A stretch of 64,000 nucleotides of DNA, taken from assembly GCA_038227875.1 (NCBI GenBank), contig JBBRPR010000008.1, positions 1 through 64,000 on the forward strand, written 5' to 3'. Both the position numbers and the translations under genes were made by a program. The notes under the pieces were generated by a model that saw only the letters and a list, made by a program, of their open reading frames with translations, made no database searches and was not told the origin of the DNA. Of the stretch, positions 9,807-20,992 are shown piece by piece; positions within the stretch are counted from its first letter, which is position 1, and each line of letters begins with the position of its first letter. Origin of the DNA: Planctomycetota bacterium. GTDB lineage: Bacteria; Planctomycetota; SZUA-567; H5-PLA8.

Positions 9807-11239
9807 AACCGATTCTGGCCGAAGCCCTTCTCGCCGGCGTGTTGAGCTGTGCCGGATTGATCGCCGGCGAAGCGGCCGATCCGAAGAGCGCTCCGCCGCC
9901 GCCACCGGAAATCAAAGATGAGGAACTCCAGCGCATCTCGCGCAAGGCCTGTGAAACGTTTCCGTGGGTGATCAAGGCGAAAGAGGTGGCCAGGACGCAA
10001 CCGCCCGCGCCGGTGGCTCCGGTGACGCCGCCGAAAACAGGAACGCCGGGAGCGGCGGCGAACACGAGTGCGCTGCCAGACATGAGTTCGGGTGACCGGA
10101 TCATTCGTGCGTTCGGGAATTTTTCCGCGGCGCCAGGGGCGACGCCGGACAAGACCTGCCTGGAGCTGAACAAGGACATTGAAATCAATTTAATTCAACC
10201 CGACTCGGTCTCGGTGCTTCGCGCGCAGCATTTCAAACTGACGCAGGATGTAAAAACCGGCCAGACGGAATTGTTGGAAGCCAACGGCCAGGTCGAAATC
10301 GTGATGCCCGAGCGCAAGGGGCGCGGTGAGACGCTGGTCTACGAAACCAAGTACGGCCCGCACGACGAAATCCTCAAGGACCTGTTTATCCTCGAAGGCG
10401 ATCATCCAAAAAATAAAAAGGCCGTGCTGTGGCAGGGACTGGACGTGATCGAGGCTGACAAGTTTATCGACGACCGGCGGCTGGAGACTTTCCGCGCGCT
10501 GGGCAGCCCGGCGGCGATTGTGACGATTCCTGCCGACACCTCGGCGCCGACGCCGGACGCGCCGGCCAAGACCGGGACGGGTACTGGCACCGGTACGGGA
10601 ACTGGCACCGGAACGGGAACTGGGACAGCGACGGCCAGTTCGGGGATGTTGCCGAGCTTTTCGATGTCGGGCGGGAAGATCCGGTTGCAGTGCGAAGGCG
10701 AATTGTTCTACGAAGGTCCCAGCGGCCGCGTGACGCTCAACCGCAACGCGATCATCCAGCAGCAGGGTGATCCGCTGCCCGACGGCACACCCGGCGCGGG
10801 CGTGAAGATCAGCTCAGACGAAGCGCATCTGATTCTGAACGTGCCGCCGCCAGGCCAGCCAACCGAGAACGCGAGCATGTTCTCGGGTAGCTTGAAAAAA
10901 ATGGAATGCATCGGGCGCGCGGAGATCAAAACGGCGACGCATATCATCCTCTGTGACCGATGCACCATCGATATGCAGCGCAACACCGTACTGATGGAAA
11001 TGAAAAATCCGAAAGAGGACGTACACATTTACATTAAAGACGATCCGCCGGGCTCCGGTCGCACGATGCTGGCGCGAAGAAGCCTGCTCTACAATACGAT
11101 CACCAGCGACATGCAGTCGCCCTTCGGCATGAAGATGGAGCCGCTGCCGGAATCGATTCCGTCGAACCGGCCGGGCGGCGTGCCGACCAAGACGGGAGCC
11201 CCGCCGCCGAAAACCACCGTGGCGCAGCCTAAAAAATGA
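9803..11239 (+). CDS. Exported LptA/OstA-like protein with (TG)9 linker
   Basis: GTGA overlap with previous stop; signal peptide; LEANGQVEI..RGETLVY and LKKMECIGRAEI..CDR motifs. Confidence 0.55.
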   Translation: MKPILAEALLAGVLSCAGLIAGEAADPKSAPPPPPEIKDEELQRISRKACETFPWVIKAKEVARTQPPAPVAPVTPPKTGTPGAAANTSALPDMSSGDRIIRAFGNFSAAPGATPDKTCLELNKDIEINLIQPDSVSVLRAQHFKLTQDVKTGQTELLEANGQVEIVMPERKGRGETLVYETKYGPHDEILKDLFILEGDHPKNKKAVLWQGLDVIEADKFIDDRRLETFRALGSPAAIVTIPADTSAPTPDAPAKTGTGTGTGTGTGTGTGTGTATASSGMLPSFSMSGGKIRLQCEGELFYEGPSGRVTLNRNAIIQQQGDPLPDGTPGAGVKISSDEAHLILNVPPPGQPTENASMFSGSLKKMECIGRAEIKTATHIILCDRCTIDMQRNTVLMEMKNPKEDVHIYIKDDPPGSGRTMLARRSLLYNTITSDMQSPFGMKMEPLPESIPSNRPGGVPTKTGAPPPKTTVAQPKK

Positions 11240-12714
11240 GCGACCCTCACAACCCCTCCAAACCCAACAACCGCGATCGACTGCGCGCGATTGCGCATCG
11301 CGCGATGCGCGAGCGCGGGTTGCTCGCGGAGTACGAAGCGGATGTGCTGGCGGAAGTCAACGCGATCAACGCTCCGCCTGCGGCGTCCGATCCGGCGATC
11401 CGCGATCAGCGGGCGCTGCTCTGGTGTTCGATCGACAACGATGACTCGCTGGACCTCGACCAGCTTTCCGTCTGCGAAGTGCTGGCGGGCGGCGTGGTGA
11501 AAATTTTCGTCGCGATTGCCGACGTCGATGCGCTGGTCCATGCCGGATCGAAAGTCGACCAGCACGCGGCGCACAACACGACTTCGGTCTATACACCGGC
11601 CGAAGTGTTCGCAATGCTGCCGTCGAAACTGTCGACGAATCTGACGACCCTGTGCGAAGGCCAGGACCGGCTTGCGGTGACAATTGAGATGACTTTCGCC
11701 GCCGACGGTGCGCTGACGGGGTCGAGCATCTACCGCTCGCTGGTCCACAACCGTGCGAAGCTGGCGTACAACAGCGTCGCGGCGTGGCTGGACGGCGGTG
11801 CGGCGCCGGAACATCTGGCGCGCGTGCCGGGGATGGATGAACAGATCCGCGTGCAGGACCGCGTGGCTCAGGTGCTGCGCAAATTGCGCCACGAACATGG
11901 CGCACTGGGGTTGGAGACGATTGAAGCGCGCGCGGTGCTGACGCAGGGCGAAGTCTCCGGGATGAAACTGGAGCAGAAAAATCGCGCCAAGGAGTTGATC
12001 GAAGACTTTATGATCGCCGCCAACGGCGTCTCGGCGCGGTTTCTCAACGAGCGGGGATTTCCGTCGCTGCGGCGCGTGTTGCGTTCGCCGGAGCGCTGGC
12101 TGCGCATCGTGGAACTCGCGGCGACGCTGGGCGAAACTTTGCCTGCGCAGCCGGACGCGGTGGCGTTGGAAGTATTTCTGGAAAAGCGGCGCGCGGCCGA
12201 CCCGCTGCGCTTCGCGGATATTTCGCTTTCGGTCGTGAAGTTGATCGGAAAGGGCGAGTACGTGGTCGAAGTTCCCGGCGAGACCAAGCCGGGGCACTTT
12301 GGGCTCGCGGTGCGGGATTATGCGCATTCGACGGCTCCGAACAGACGCTACCCGGACTTGATTACGCAGCGGCTGTTGAAGGCCGCGCTGTCGACGCAGC
12401 CGGTGCCGTACGCGCGCGCGGAGTTGGATAAACTGGCGACGCATTGCACCGAGATGGAAAACGCAGCCGACAAAGTGGAACGCCAGGTGCGCAAATCCGC
12501 CGCGGCGATGCTGCTGGAGTCGCGCATCGGCGAACGCTTCGACGCGCTGGTGACCGGCAACAACGATAAGGGGAAATGGGTGCGCACGCTGGTGCCGCCG
12601 GTTGAAGGCAAGGTGGCGCGCGGCGGCGCGAAGGCGGACGTGGGCGATCGCGTGCGCGTGGAGTTGCTGAAGACGGACGCTGAGCGGGGGTTTATTGATT
12701 TTGCGATTGTCTAA
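11236..12714 (+). CDS. RNB-domain exoribonuclease (RNase II/R family, short form)
   Basis: SIDNDDSLDLDQ, VAIADV, LIEDFMIAAN, HFGLA..YAHSTAPNRRYPDL, C-terminal S1-like domain. Confidence 0.92.
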   Translation: MSDPHNPSKPNNRDRLRAIAHRAMRERGLLAEYEADVLAEVNAINAPPAASDPAIRDQRALLWCSIDNDDSLDLDQLSVCEVLAGGVVKIFVAIADVDALVHAGSKVDQHAAHNTTSVYTPAEVFAMLPSKLSTNLTTLCEGQDRLAVTIEMTFAADGALTGSSIYRSLVHNRAKLAYNSVAAWLDGGAAPEHLARVPGMDEQIRVQDRVAQVLRKLRHEHGALGLETIEARAVLTQGEVSGMKLEQKNRAKELIEDFMIAANGVSARFLNERGFPSLRRVLRSPERWLRIVELAATLGETLPAQPDAVALEVFLEKRRAADPLRFADISLSVVKLIGKGEYVVEVPGETKPGHFGLAVRDYAHSTAPNRRYPDLITQRLLKAALSTQPVPYARAELDKLATHCTEMENAADKVERQVRKSAAAMLLESRIGERFDALVTGNNDKGKWVRTLVPPVEGKVARGGAKADVGDRVRVELLKTDAERGFIDFAIV

Positions 12715-12754
12715 TCGCCGGGGTGGCCGTTAGTGGATTGGGACGAGAACAGAT

Positions 12755-12909
12755 GGGATCGGGGGTCGGGCATCAGGCATCGGTCAGTGGGGTTGCGCAC
12801 GGATTGAATTTCACCATTTATCCGTCGTTAAAATGACGCATGCGATAAAAGCGCTCTCCGGCTGAACGTACGCCAAACGACCGATGTCTGATGCCCGATC
12901 CCCGATCCC
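12755..12909. repeat. Intergenic element bounded by 31-bp inverted repeats built of heptamers
   Basis: 12755-12785 vs 12879-12909 are reverse complements with 2 mismatches. Confidence 0.8.
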
Positions 12910-13082
12910 GTGTCCCATCCGTTAAAACTACCGTCCGATAATGTTTGCAGAACCCGGTTTTCGCCGCGCGGGCGGTATTTACGCGCTAAAAAGTATCAGG
13001 CAGTTTTCCCGCTTTAGTTTATACTCCTTTCTTCACGGTTTGTAGGGTTGTGTAAACGCGTAGGAAGAAAGGCGTAGCGGAA

Positions 13083-13529
13083 ATGTCAAAAGCGATCTTT
13101 GGCCGTCCCGTCAATGCTACGGCGCCGGGCGGGGCGCACATCAGTGTTAATGTCGTCACCCTCCACAAAGGCAAGGTAGTACTCTTCGAAAAGCCAGGAC
13201 TTCCGGGCGGCCAGGAACTGGGCGATCTGTGGTTTCCGTGGGATTATCTGGAGTACGGCGAATCTCCTGAAGTCGCAGCCAAGCGCGTAATGAAGCAGTG
13301 GGGCAAGGCTGAACCAAAAGAAATGAAGCTGGTCGAAGTGTTCTCGATGGTGCCGCCTGGCGAAGACTGGCAGCTGGCATTCCAGTATGTCGCGGAGTTG
13401 AAAGCGCCGCCGAAGCCTGGCGAGAACGTCAAGAACATCAAAACCATCGAACACGCCCAGTTGCCGCGCATGATCGGCTGGCTGCGCCGCAGCGATGTGA
13501 AGAAGTACATTACCGCGTCTGACATGTAA
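13083..13529 (+). CDS. NUDIX-like hydrolase (degenerate Nudix box)
   Basis: WFPWDYLEYGESPEVAAKRVMKQWG. Confidence 0.7.
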   Translation: MSKAIFGRPVNATAPGGAHISVNVVTLHKGKVVLFEKPGLPGGQELGDLWFPWDYLEYGESPEVAAKRVMKQWGKAEPKEMKLVEVFSMVPPGEDWQLAFQYVAELKAPPKPGENVKNIKTIEHAQLPRMIGWLRRSDVKKYITASDM

Positions 13530-13568
13530 GCGCGCTGACGCGCGAGGGGCCAGGGGTCAGGGGGCAGG
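13530..13568 (+). repeat. GCGCGCTGACGCGCGA(GGGGTCA)n repeat, solo copy
   Basis: Matches 20762-20809; starts immediately after a TAA stop. Confidence 0.8.
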
Positions 13569-13861
13569 CGTTGGGAATGAGCAGGGCAAGTCGAAAATCG
13601 CTCTAGCAATCAGATGTAGCAGACAGAAGGCAGTGGCAGTAGGCAGGAATGATTCGGTCGATTGTTCGGTGTGACAGATGCTCCTTTGTTGGCTTTGCGA
13701 ATTCGCGGAGCTGACAAAGGAGTCTTTGTTTGAATACAGGGAGTTGTTCATCAAATAGACTAAATAGGTGAAGAACGATGAACGTACGGGCTTGAATCGG
13801 ATTCACCACTCATCAATCATAGTTCATCGTTCCAAACCTTCTCCATTTCAGAGAGCGCCGT

Positions 13862-16084
13862 ATGAGCACCATCGACTCCACTTTCAGCATTAAAGGCATG
13901 CACTGCGCTTCCTGCGTCGGGCGGGTGGAGCGGGCGATTCGCGGCGTGGCGGGCGTGCAGGAGGCCAGCGTCAACCTGGCGACCAACGAAGCGCAGGTGA
14001 AGTACGAATCCAGCGAAGCGACTGTTGCCAGGATTACGGAGGCGGTCGTCAAGATTGGCTTCGAAGCGAGCCCGATCCAGACCGATGCGCCGGCAACGGC
14101 GGCGAGCGGCGAGCGTTCGGAATTGACCGAACTGCGGCTGCGCTTGATTGTGGCCGGCGCGCTGACGATGCCGATATTCATCGTCAGCATGCTGGACCTG
14201 TTTCCCGTCGAGCAGTATCCCGGGCGCAACTGGGTGCTGCTGGTGGCGTCGCTGCCGGTGATTTTCTGGGCGGGGTTGAGCTTCTTTACGATCGCGATCA
14301 AGTCGCTGAGCCACGGCATCGCGGAGATGAACACGCTGATCGCCATCGGCACCTCGGCGGCGTTTGGGTACAGCGCGGTGGCCACGGCGTGGCCGCATCT
14401 GTTTATGAGCACCGGGCAGATGGGGCATGTCTACTACGAAGCGGCGGCGGTGATCGTCACGCTGATCCTGCTCGGACGTTTCCTGGAAGCTCGCGCGAAA
14501 GGGAAAACGTCGGAGGCGATTCAGAAGCTGCTTGGCTTGCAGGCCAAGACTGCTCGCGTGCTGAAGAATGGCGTGGAAACCGACGTACCGATCGAACGCG
14601 TGGCGGTCGGCGATCTTGTCGTGGTGCGGCCGGGTGAGAAAATTCCTGTCGATGGCACGGTGACGAATGGAACATCGTTCGTCGATGAAGCGATGGTCAG
14701 TGGCGAATCGGTCCCGGTCGAAAAAGGGGTGGGGGACACGTTGATCGGCGCGACGATTAACCAGAACGGTGCGCTGCAGTTCAAGGCCGAACGCGTCGGC
14801 GCCAACACGATGCTGCAGCAGATCGTGCGGCTGGTCCACCAGGCTCAAGGCTCGAAAGCGCCGATCGCGCGGCTGGCGGATACCATTGCGGGGTACTTTG
14901 TGCCGGCGGTGGTTTCGATTGCGGTCGTGGTGTTTTTTGTCTGGCTGCATTGGGGGCCGGAGCCGCGCTGGATCTACGCGCTGCTCTCGAGCGTTTCGGT
15001 GCTGATCGTGGCCTGTCCGTGCGCGCTAGGCCTGGCCACGCCGACGGCAATCATGGTCGGCGCGGGCGCAGGCGCCAGGCACGGCGTGCTGGTCAAGGGC
15101 GGCGCGGCGCTGGAAGAAGCGGGACGGATCGACACGGTTCTACTTGATAAGACCGGCACGATCACGCGCGGCAAACCCGCGGTGACGGACTTCGCGATCG
15201 TCGGCACGTGCTCCGAGACGGATATTCTGCGCCTGACTGGCGCGGCTGAAAATGGTAGCGAACACCCGTTCGGCCAGGCGATCGTCCGTTACGCACGCGA
15301 GAAGATTGCGACGCTGCCGGCCGCGACGAAATTTGTCGCGATTCAAGGCCTGGGCATTGATGCGGAGATTGACGGACACGCGGTGATCGCGGGCAATCAG
15401 CGCTTTCTGGAATCGCGCGGCGTGGTGGTCTCGGAGCAGCTCGGACGCGCTGGCGCGCTGGCGGAGCAGGGCCGCACGCCGATCTTCGCGGCCATCGACG
15501 GAAAGCTGCAGGCGATTTTTGGCGTCGCCGATCCGGTGAAGGAGAATTCGAAAGCGGCCATCGCTCAACTGAAAGCGATGGGCATTTCCGTCGCCATGAT
15601 CACCGGCGACAACGCGAAGACTGCCGCGGCAATTGCGAAACAGGTCGGAATCGAGACGGTGCTGGCGGAAGTGCTGCCGCAGAACAAGACGGCGGAAGTT
15701 CAACGCTTGCAACAGCAGGGGCACAAAGTCGCGATGGTCGGCGACGGCATCAACGATGCGCCGGCGCTGGCTCAGGCGGATATCGGCATGGCGATCGGGA
15801 GCGGCACGGACATCGCGATTGAGGCCGGCGACATCACGCTGGTTCGCGGCGGCCTGGATGGCGTGGTGACGGCCATCGCGCTCTCGCGGCGGACGTTGCG
15901 GACGATCAAACAGAATCTATTTTTTGCGTTCGTCTACAACATCATCCTGATCCCAGTCGCGGCCGGGATCCTGTTTCCCAAATTTGGGATTTTGATGAAT
16001 CCGATGCTGGCCAGCGCCGCGATGGCGCTGAGCAGCGTCAGCGTCGTATCGAACAGTTTGAGGTTGCGAAACGCTAAAATATAG
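13862..16084 (+). CDS. copA: Cu(I)-translocating P1B-type ATPase
   Basis: GMHCASC HMA domain, [33 protein letters not shown] and MALSS motifs. Confidence 0.95.
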   Translation: MSTIDSTFSIKGMHCASCVGRVERAIRGVAGVQEASVNLATNEAQVKYESSEATVARITEAVVKIGFEASPIQTDAPATAASGERSELTELRLRLIVAGALTMPIFIVSMLDLFPVEQYPGRNWVLLVASLPVIFWAGLSFFTIAIKSLSHGIAEMNTLIAIGTSAAFGYSAVATAWPHLFMSTGQMGHVYYEAAAVIVTLILLGRFLEARAKGKTSEAIQKLLGLQAKTARVLKNGVETDVPIERVAVGDLVVVRPGEKIPVDGTVTNGTSFVDEAMVSGESVPVEKGVGDTLIGATINQNGALQFKAERVGANTMLQQIVRLVHQAQGSKAPIARLADTIAGYFVPAVVSIAVVVFFVWLHWGPEPRWIYALLSSVSVLIVACPCALGLATPTAIMVGAGAGARHGVLVKGGAALEEAGRIDTVLLDKTGTITRGKPAVTDFAIVGTCSETDILRLTGAAENGSEHPFGQAIVRYAREKIATLPAATKFVAIQGLGIDAEIDGHAVIAGNQRFLESRGVVVSEQLGRAGALAEQGRTPIFAAIDGKLQAIFGVADPVKENSKAAIAQLKAMGISVAMITGDNAKTAAAIAKQVGIETVLAEVLPQNKTAEVQRLQQQGHKVAMVGDGINDAPALAQADIGMAIGSGTDIAIEAGDITLVRGGLDGVVTAIALSRRTLRTIKQNLFFAFVYNIILIPVAAGILFPKFGILMNPMLASAAMALSSVSVVSNSLRLRNAKI

Positions 16085-16089
16085 CGGTT

Positions 16090-16302
16090 CTATGCGCGAG
16101 GTGCGTAGACGCACTCGACTTCGACCGAGCCGTCCTGACGATGGAAAATGACCCGTCCGCAGCTGCGGCTGTTGGCCAATTGCTTCGCATGTAAAGCAGC
16201 TACTGCCTTACGTTTATGGGTTGTTTCCTTGGCCAAGCGGGGCTTGACAGCCCATGCTTCGCCGGACTGATATACATGCACAACTTCTTCTTCGGTATTC
16301 AT
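16090..16302 (-). CDS. Small DUF2188-like protein
   Basis: HV...GEAWAVK...A..HAKQLA...VIFHRQDGSVE pattern; AAGGGAG upstream; start uncertain. Confidence 0.55.
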   Translation of the reverse strand: MNTEEEVVHVYQSGEAWAVKPRLAKETTHKRKAVAALHAKQLANSRSCGRVIFHRQDGSVEVECVYAPRA

Positions 16303-16536
16303 GACCACGTCTCCGATCTCTCCCTTTATGTAGCTGGCGTGTTGGGTTAGTTCAACTCTTCGCAAAACTTTACTTGCCTCTGCAAAGCGCATTGCCGCAA
16401 GGTATTAGGGATTCGGTTTGGAACGATTGTCGGAACGCCGACGTTGCTTCATGTCGGACATAATTTGGTTTCAAAATGCGGCGCCATCCCTTATAAAGCA
16501 GCGCGATGGGCTTTGACTTGGGATTGGAGAACTGTC

Positions 16537-17547
16537 ATGAAAATTCGCTTCGCCGCCGTCGGTTTGAATCATCCGCACATCTACCGTCAGGTCGAATTGC
16601 TTCAGGAGAAGGGCGCTGAGCTGGCCGGATTTTTCGCGGCTGAGCCGGAGCTTTGCGCGCAGTTCAGCAAGAAGTTTCCCGGCGTAAAGCTGGCGGCGTC
16701 GGCGGACGACATTCTCAACGACAAGACGATCCAGCTCATTACGGGCGCGGGGATACCGAGCGAACGGGCGGGCCTGGGGATCCGCGCGATGCGCGCGGGC
16801 AAAGACGTGTTGATGGACAAGCCGGGCTTCACGACGCTGGAGCAACTGGCGGAGGTGCGCAAGGTTCAGGCGGAGACGAAGCGGATCTATTCGGTCTTCT
16901 ACGGACGGCTGGACAGCCCCAGTTCGCAGAAGGCCAGCGAGCTGATTCGCGCGGGCGCGATCGGGCGGGTGATTCAGGTGATGGGCATGGGTCCGCACCG
17001 CGCCAATCTGCCGCAGCGGCCGGCGTGGTTTGTGAAGAAAAGTCAGTACGGCGGGATTCTTTGCGACATCGCGTCGCATGAATTCGATGCGTTTTTACAT
17101 TACACCGGATCGACGACGGCCGAAGTCGTCGCGGCGCAGGTCGCCAATTACAACAATCCGGAACATCCGGAGCTGGAAGACTTCGGCGACTGCATGCTGC
17201 GCAGCGCGACGGCGACGGCGTATATTCGCGTCGACTGGTTCACGCCGAAGGGATTGAACACGTTTGGCGATTGTCGCTACGTGATCTTGGGGACCGACGG
17301 CTTTATCGAACTGCGCCAGACCGTCGACCTGGGCGGCCGCGAGGGCGGGGACCACCTGTTCATCTGCGACCACAAAGAGACACGGCACATCGATTGCAAA
17401 AACGTGGAGGTCCCGTTCGGCCGGCAGCTGCTGGAAGACATCCAGAATCGCACCGAGACGGCTCAGAATCAGGCGCTATGCTTCATGGCCTCGGAGCTGT
17501 CCCTGCGCGCGGAAGCGCAGGCCAAACGTTTCGGACATCTCAAATAA
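16537..17547 (+). CDS. Gfo/Idh/MocA family oxidoreductase
   Basis: FAAVGLNH, GKDVLMDKP, GGILCDIASH; GGAGA RBS. Confidence 0.9.
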   Translation: MKIRFAAVGLNHPHIYRQVELLQEKGAELAGFFAAEPELCAQFSKKFPGVKLAASADDILNDKTIQLITGAGIPSERAGLGIRAMRAGKDVLMDKPGFTTLEQLAEVRKVQAETKRIYSVFYGRLDSPSSQKASELIRAGAIGRVIQVMGMGPHRANLPQRPAWFVKKSQYGGILCDIASHEFDAFLHYTGSTTAEVVAAQVANYNNPEHPELEDFGDCMLRSATATAYIRVDWFTPKGLNTFGDCRYVILGTDGFIELRQTVDLGGREGGDHLFICDHKETRHIDCKNVEVPFGRQLLEDIQNRTETAQNQALCFMASELSLRAEAQAKRFGHLK

Positions 17548-17599
17548 GCGAACCAATCGATTCGCTTGTGCGTATGGCTGATACAGGAATCGGTAAACA

Positions 17600-18634
17600 T
17601 TGGAATCCGCCATCGCACAACAGAATCCGCCGGCTTCAGGCTTTGGTCTCCGAAGCCTGCGGCGTATCGGCGCGATCGCCAGTTTGACGGCGACGGAAGG
17701 CTTGCGACAGCCGTCGTTTTTTCTGCTGCTCTTTGTCACCGCGGCGTTGATCGGACTGTCGCCGCAGTTTTCGTTCTTCCATCTCGGCGAAGAAGCGAAG
17801 ATGGTGACCGACCTGGGCCTCTCGACGATCCTGACTTTTTCGACCTTGCTGGCGCTGCTCACGGCCAGCAGCACGGTCACCGATGAAATTGAAGGGCGCA
17901 CGGCGCTGACGATGCTCTCCAAGCCGCTGCGCCGCGAGGAATTTCTGCTCGGCAAGTATGTCGGCGTGGCGGTCACGGCCTGCACGCTGGCGGCGGCGAT
18001 GGGGCCGGTACTGCTGGTAACGTTGCGCAGCCAGAATGTGCTCTCAGCGCTGGACTCGTATTTCAATCTGGCGTTCGGGATTGCGGCGATGGTAGGCGTC
18101 GCGCTGTTTGGGCTGCAGATGGTGGTGAAACTGCTGCTCGGACGGGGCCTCTCGTTGATTCATGCATTCTGGGTGTCGTACGCGGCCGCCACGGTCTGCA
18201 TCTTCGCGATTCTTTCCGTGAAGTCCGTGCCGCAAGTGACGTGGGATTGGCGGCTGCTGATCGGCATCTTCTTTATCTGCCTGCACGCCTGCGTGGTCTC
18301 GGCGATGGCCGTCGCGCTGGCGACGCGCTGCAGCCTGGTGCAGACGTTCATCGGCACGGCGGCATTCTTCATTGTCGGCCATGCCTCCGGAGCGCTGGTG
18401 GCACCCTTCCGCGACGAGCAGCATCACCTGTCGGTGCTCGGCAGCGTGATCCGCGCGGTGCTTCCGGATCTCGATCAATTCAACATTACCGACGCGCTGG
18501 CGACGGCGTTCATGGACAAAGCCGTGGCGATACCAGTGGATGTGGTTGTGGGCTCGACGATTTACGCGTTGTTTTACGGCACGGCGCTGCTGGCACTGGC
18601 GGTGGTGCTGTTCCGCAAGCGTGAGTTAGGTTGA
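17600..18634 (+). CDS. ABC-2 type transporter permease
   Basis: Multiple TM helices; DEIEGRTALTMLSKPLRREEFLLGKY. Confidence 0.85.
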   Translation: MESAIAQQNPPASGFGLRSLRRIGAIASLTATEGLRQPSFFLLLFVTAALIGLSPQFSFFHLGEEAKMVTDLGLSTILTFSTLLALLTASSTVTDEIEGRTALTMLSKPLRREEFLLGKYVGVAVTACTLAAAMGPVLLVTLRSQNVLSALDSYFNLAFGIAAMVGVALFGLQMVVKLLLGRGLSLIHAFWVSYAAATVCIFAILSVKSVPQVTWDWRLLIGIFFICLHACVVSAMAVALATRCSLVQTFIGTAAFFIVGHASGALVAPFRDEQHHLSVLGSVIRAVLPDLDQFNITDALATAFMDKAVAIPVDVVVGSTIYALFYGTALLALAVVLFRKRELG

Positions 18635-18682
18635 GTGACGCGACTTTTAAGAGACGGGTATGGGTGACAATGAGCAAGCCAA

Positions 18683-19255
18683 TTAGTTCGGATTGGAGCT
18701 TGTAGGTGGGATGAACGGTTGGCGGGTTGGGTCCAGGAATTCTCGACGAGTACGAGATTCAAGGAGGGTATCTAAACTGCCGCCATCACGAATCCAAAGC
18801 CGTTCAGATTCGTAGACAGGAATCACCTCAACTAACTCAATTCGTCTGAACCCGAGATCTATAACTAGGTTTTTGGAAGAGACGGAAATTGGATGAGTGA
18901 CGAAGAATCCGTTCATTCGTGAGGACTCGGAAATTGGCTCGCGGAAATTTATAGTGTCACCGCAGACAAACGGGCATTCCTCGCGAAGCTGATAAGCAAT
19001 TTCGCCACATGCCAACGCCCACGCGTGATCAGCTGTACGCATAGAGATCATCAGTTCTTTGTGCCCTCCACCATCAGGGTGGAAATGAGAAAGACCAAAA
19101 GTGAAGCCTGTGATCGTGCCCTGTTCGGGAAAACCGGCATAGAGAAGAACTTGAATTGCAGGAGACGTGTGGTCTGGGCTAACTTTATAGGCAAAAATGT
19201 ATTCTGTACCCGTGATGCGTTCAAAGTGGCTTAACAGCTTCTCCGCCGGATCCAT
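18683..19255 (-). CDS. Suppressor-of-fused (SUFU)-like domain protein
   Basis: FTFGLS, HKELMI, GDTI, VIPVYESE motifs; low GC; GGAGA RBS. Confidence 0.75.
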   Translation of the reverse strand: MDPAEKLLSHFERITGTEYIFAYKVSPDHTSPAIQVLLYAGFPEQGTITGFTFGLSHFHPDGGGHKELMISMRTADHAWALACGEIAYQLREECPFVCGDTINFREPISESSRMNGFFVTHPISVSSKNLVIDLGFRRIELVEVIPVYESERLWIRDGGSLDTLLESRTRREFLDPTRQPFIPPTSSNPN

Positions 19256-19393
19256 TTAGGTTCTCCGTTTTCTGCAACCCATAATATTGTTTTTGAAGTT
19301 ATAGCATGACGGTATTCAGCTCGCTGAGCAAGGAGCAAGCAAATGATCACTTGCTCCTTGTCGCGATGAGTCTTCGCGAGTTCTTTGCGCAAC

Positions 19394-19448
19394 GCACGGA
19401 TGAACAGACGCTTTCACTACGCTCAAGTGTCTGCGCATCCATCGCACC
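19394..19448. repeat. 55-bp REP-like hairpin repeat, copy 2
   Basis: Aligns without gaps to 26-80. Confidence 0.75.
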
Positions 19449-19534
19449 AGCTACGGTCTTTGAAATTTGAATTTTTAATTCCCCCCTCGCGGCTATAATC
19501 CACTCTTCAACTTGGGCGCGAGAGGATTTGATCG

Positions 19535-20761
<1,227 letters not shown>

Positions 20762-20985
20762 GCGCGCTGACGCGCGAGGGGTCAGGGGTCAGGGGCCAGG
20801 GGTCAGAGGTTGGCGTGCGCAGGGTAGGTACGCAGCCATAGAGCGCGTTGGATCGCTCGACTACTTTCTGCCTGGTGCCTTCTGCCTTCTTGCCACGACT
20901 GCGCAAGACCTCATCGAATTTCACCGTGCACAACTCTCCTCTGACCCCTGGCCCCTGACCTCTGACCCCTCGCGCTTTAGCGCGC
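20762..20985. repeat. MITE-like element with 48-bp terminal inverted repeats of (GGGGTCA)n heptamers
   Basis: 20762-20809 and 20938-20985 are reverse complements with 3 mismatches. Confidence 0.8.
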
Positions 20986-20992
20986 GTGCCGC

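Noticed and set aside
7377..9905. 842-aa minus-strand ORF and other long antisense ORFs (e.g. 11089-12444, 21194-22645, 51158-52981)
   Set aside because: Shadows of high-GC genes on the opposite strand; Arg-rich and without motifs.
13792..13823. MerR/CueR-type promoter for copA (TTGAAT-N20-CATAGT)
   Set aside because: The spacer lacks the dyad symmetry expected of a CueR/MerR operator.
20762..20985. Repeat clusters as a CRISPR array
   Set aside because: No regular repeat-spacer structure and no cas genes.
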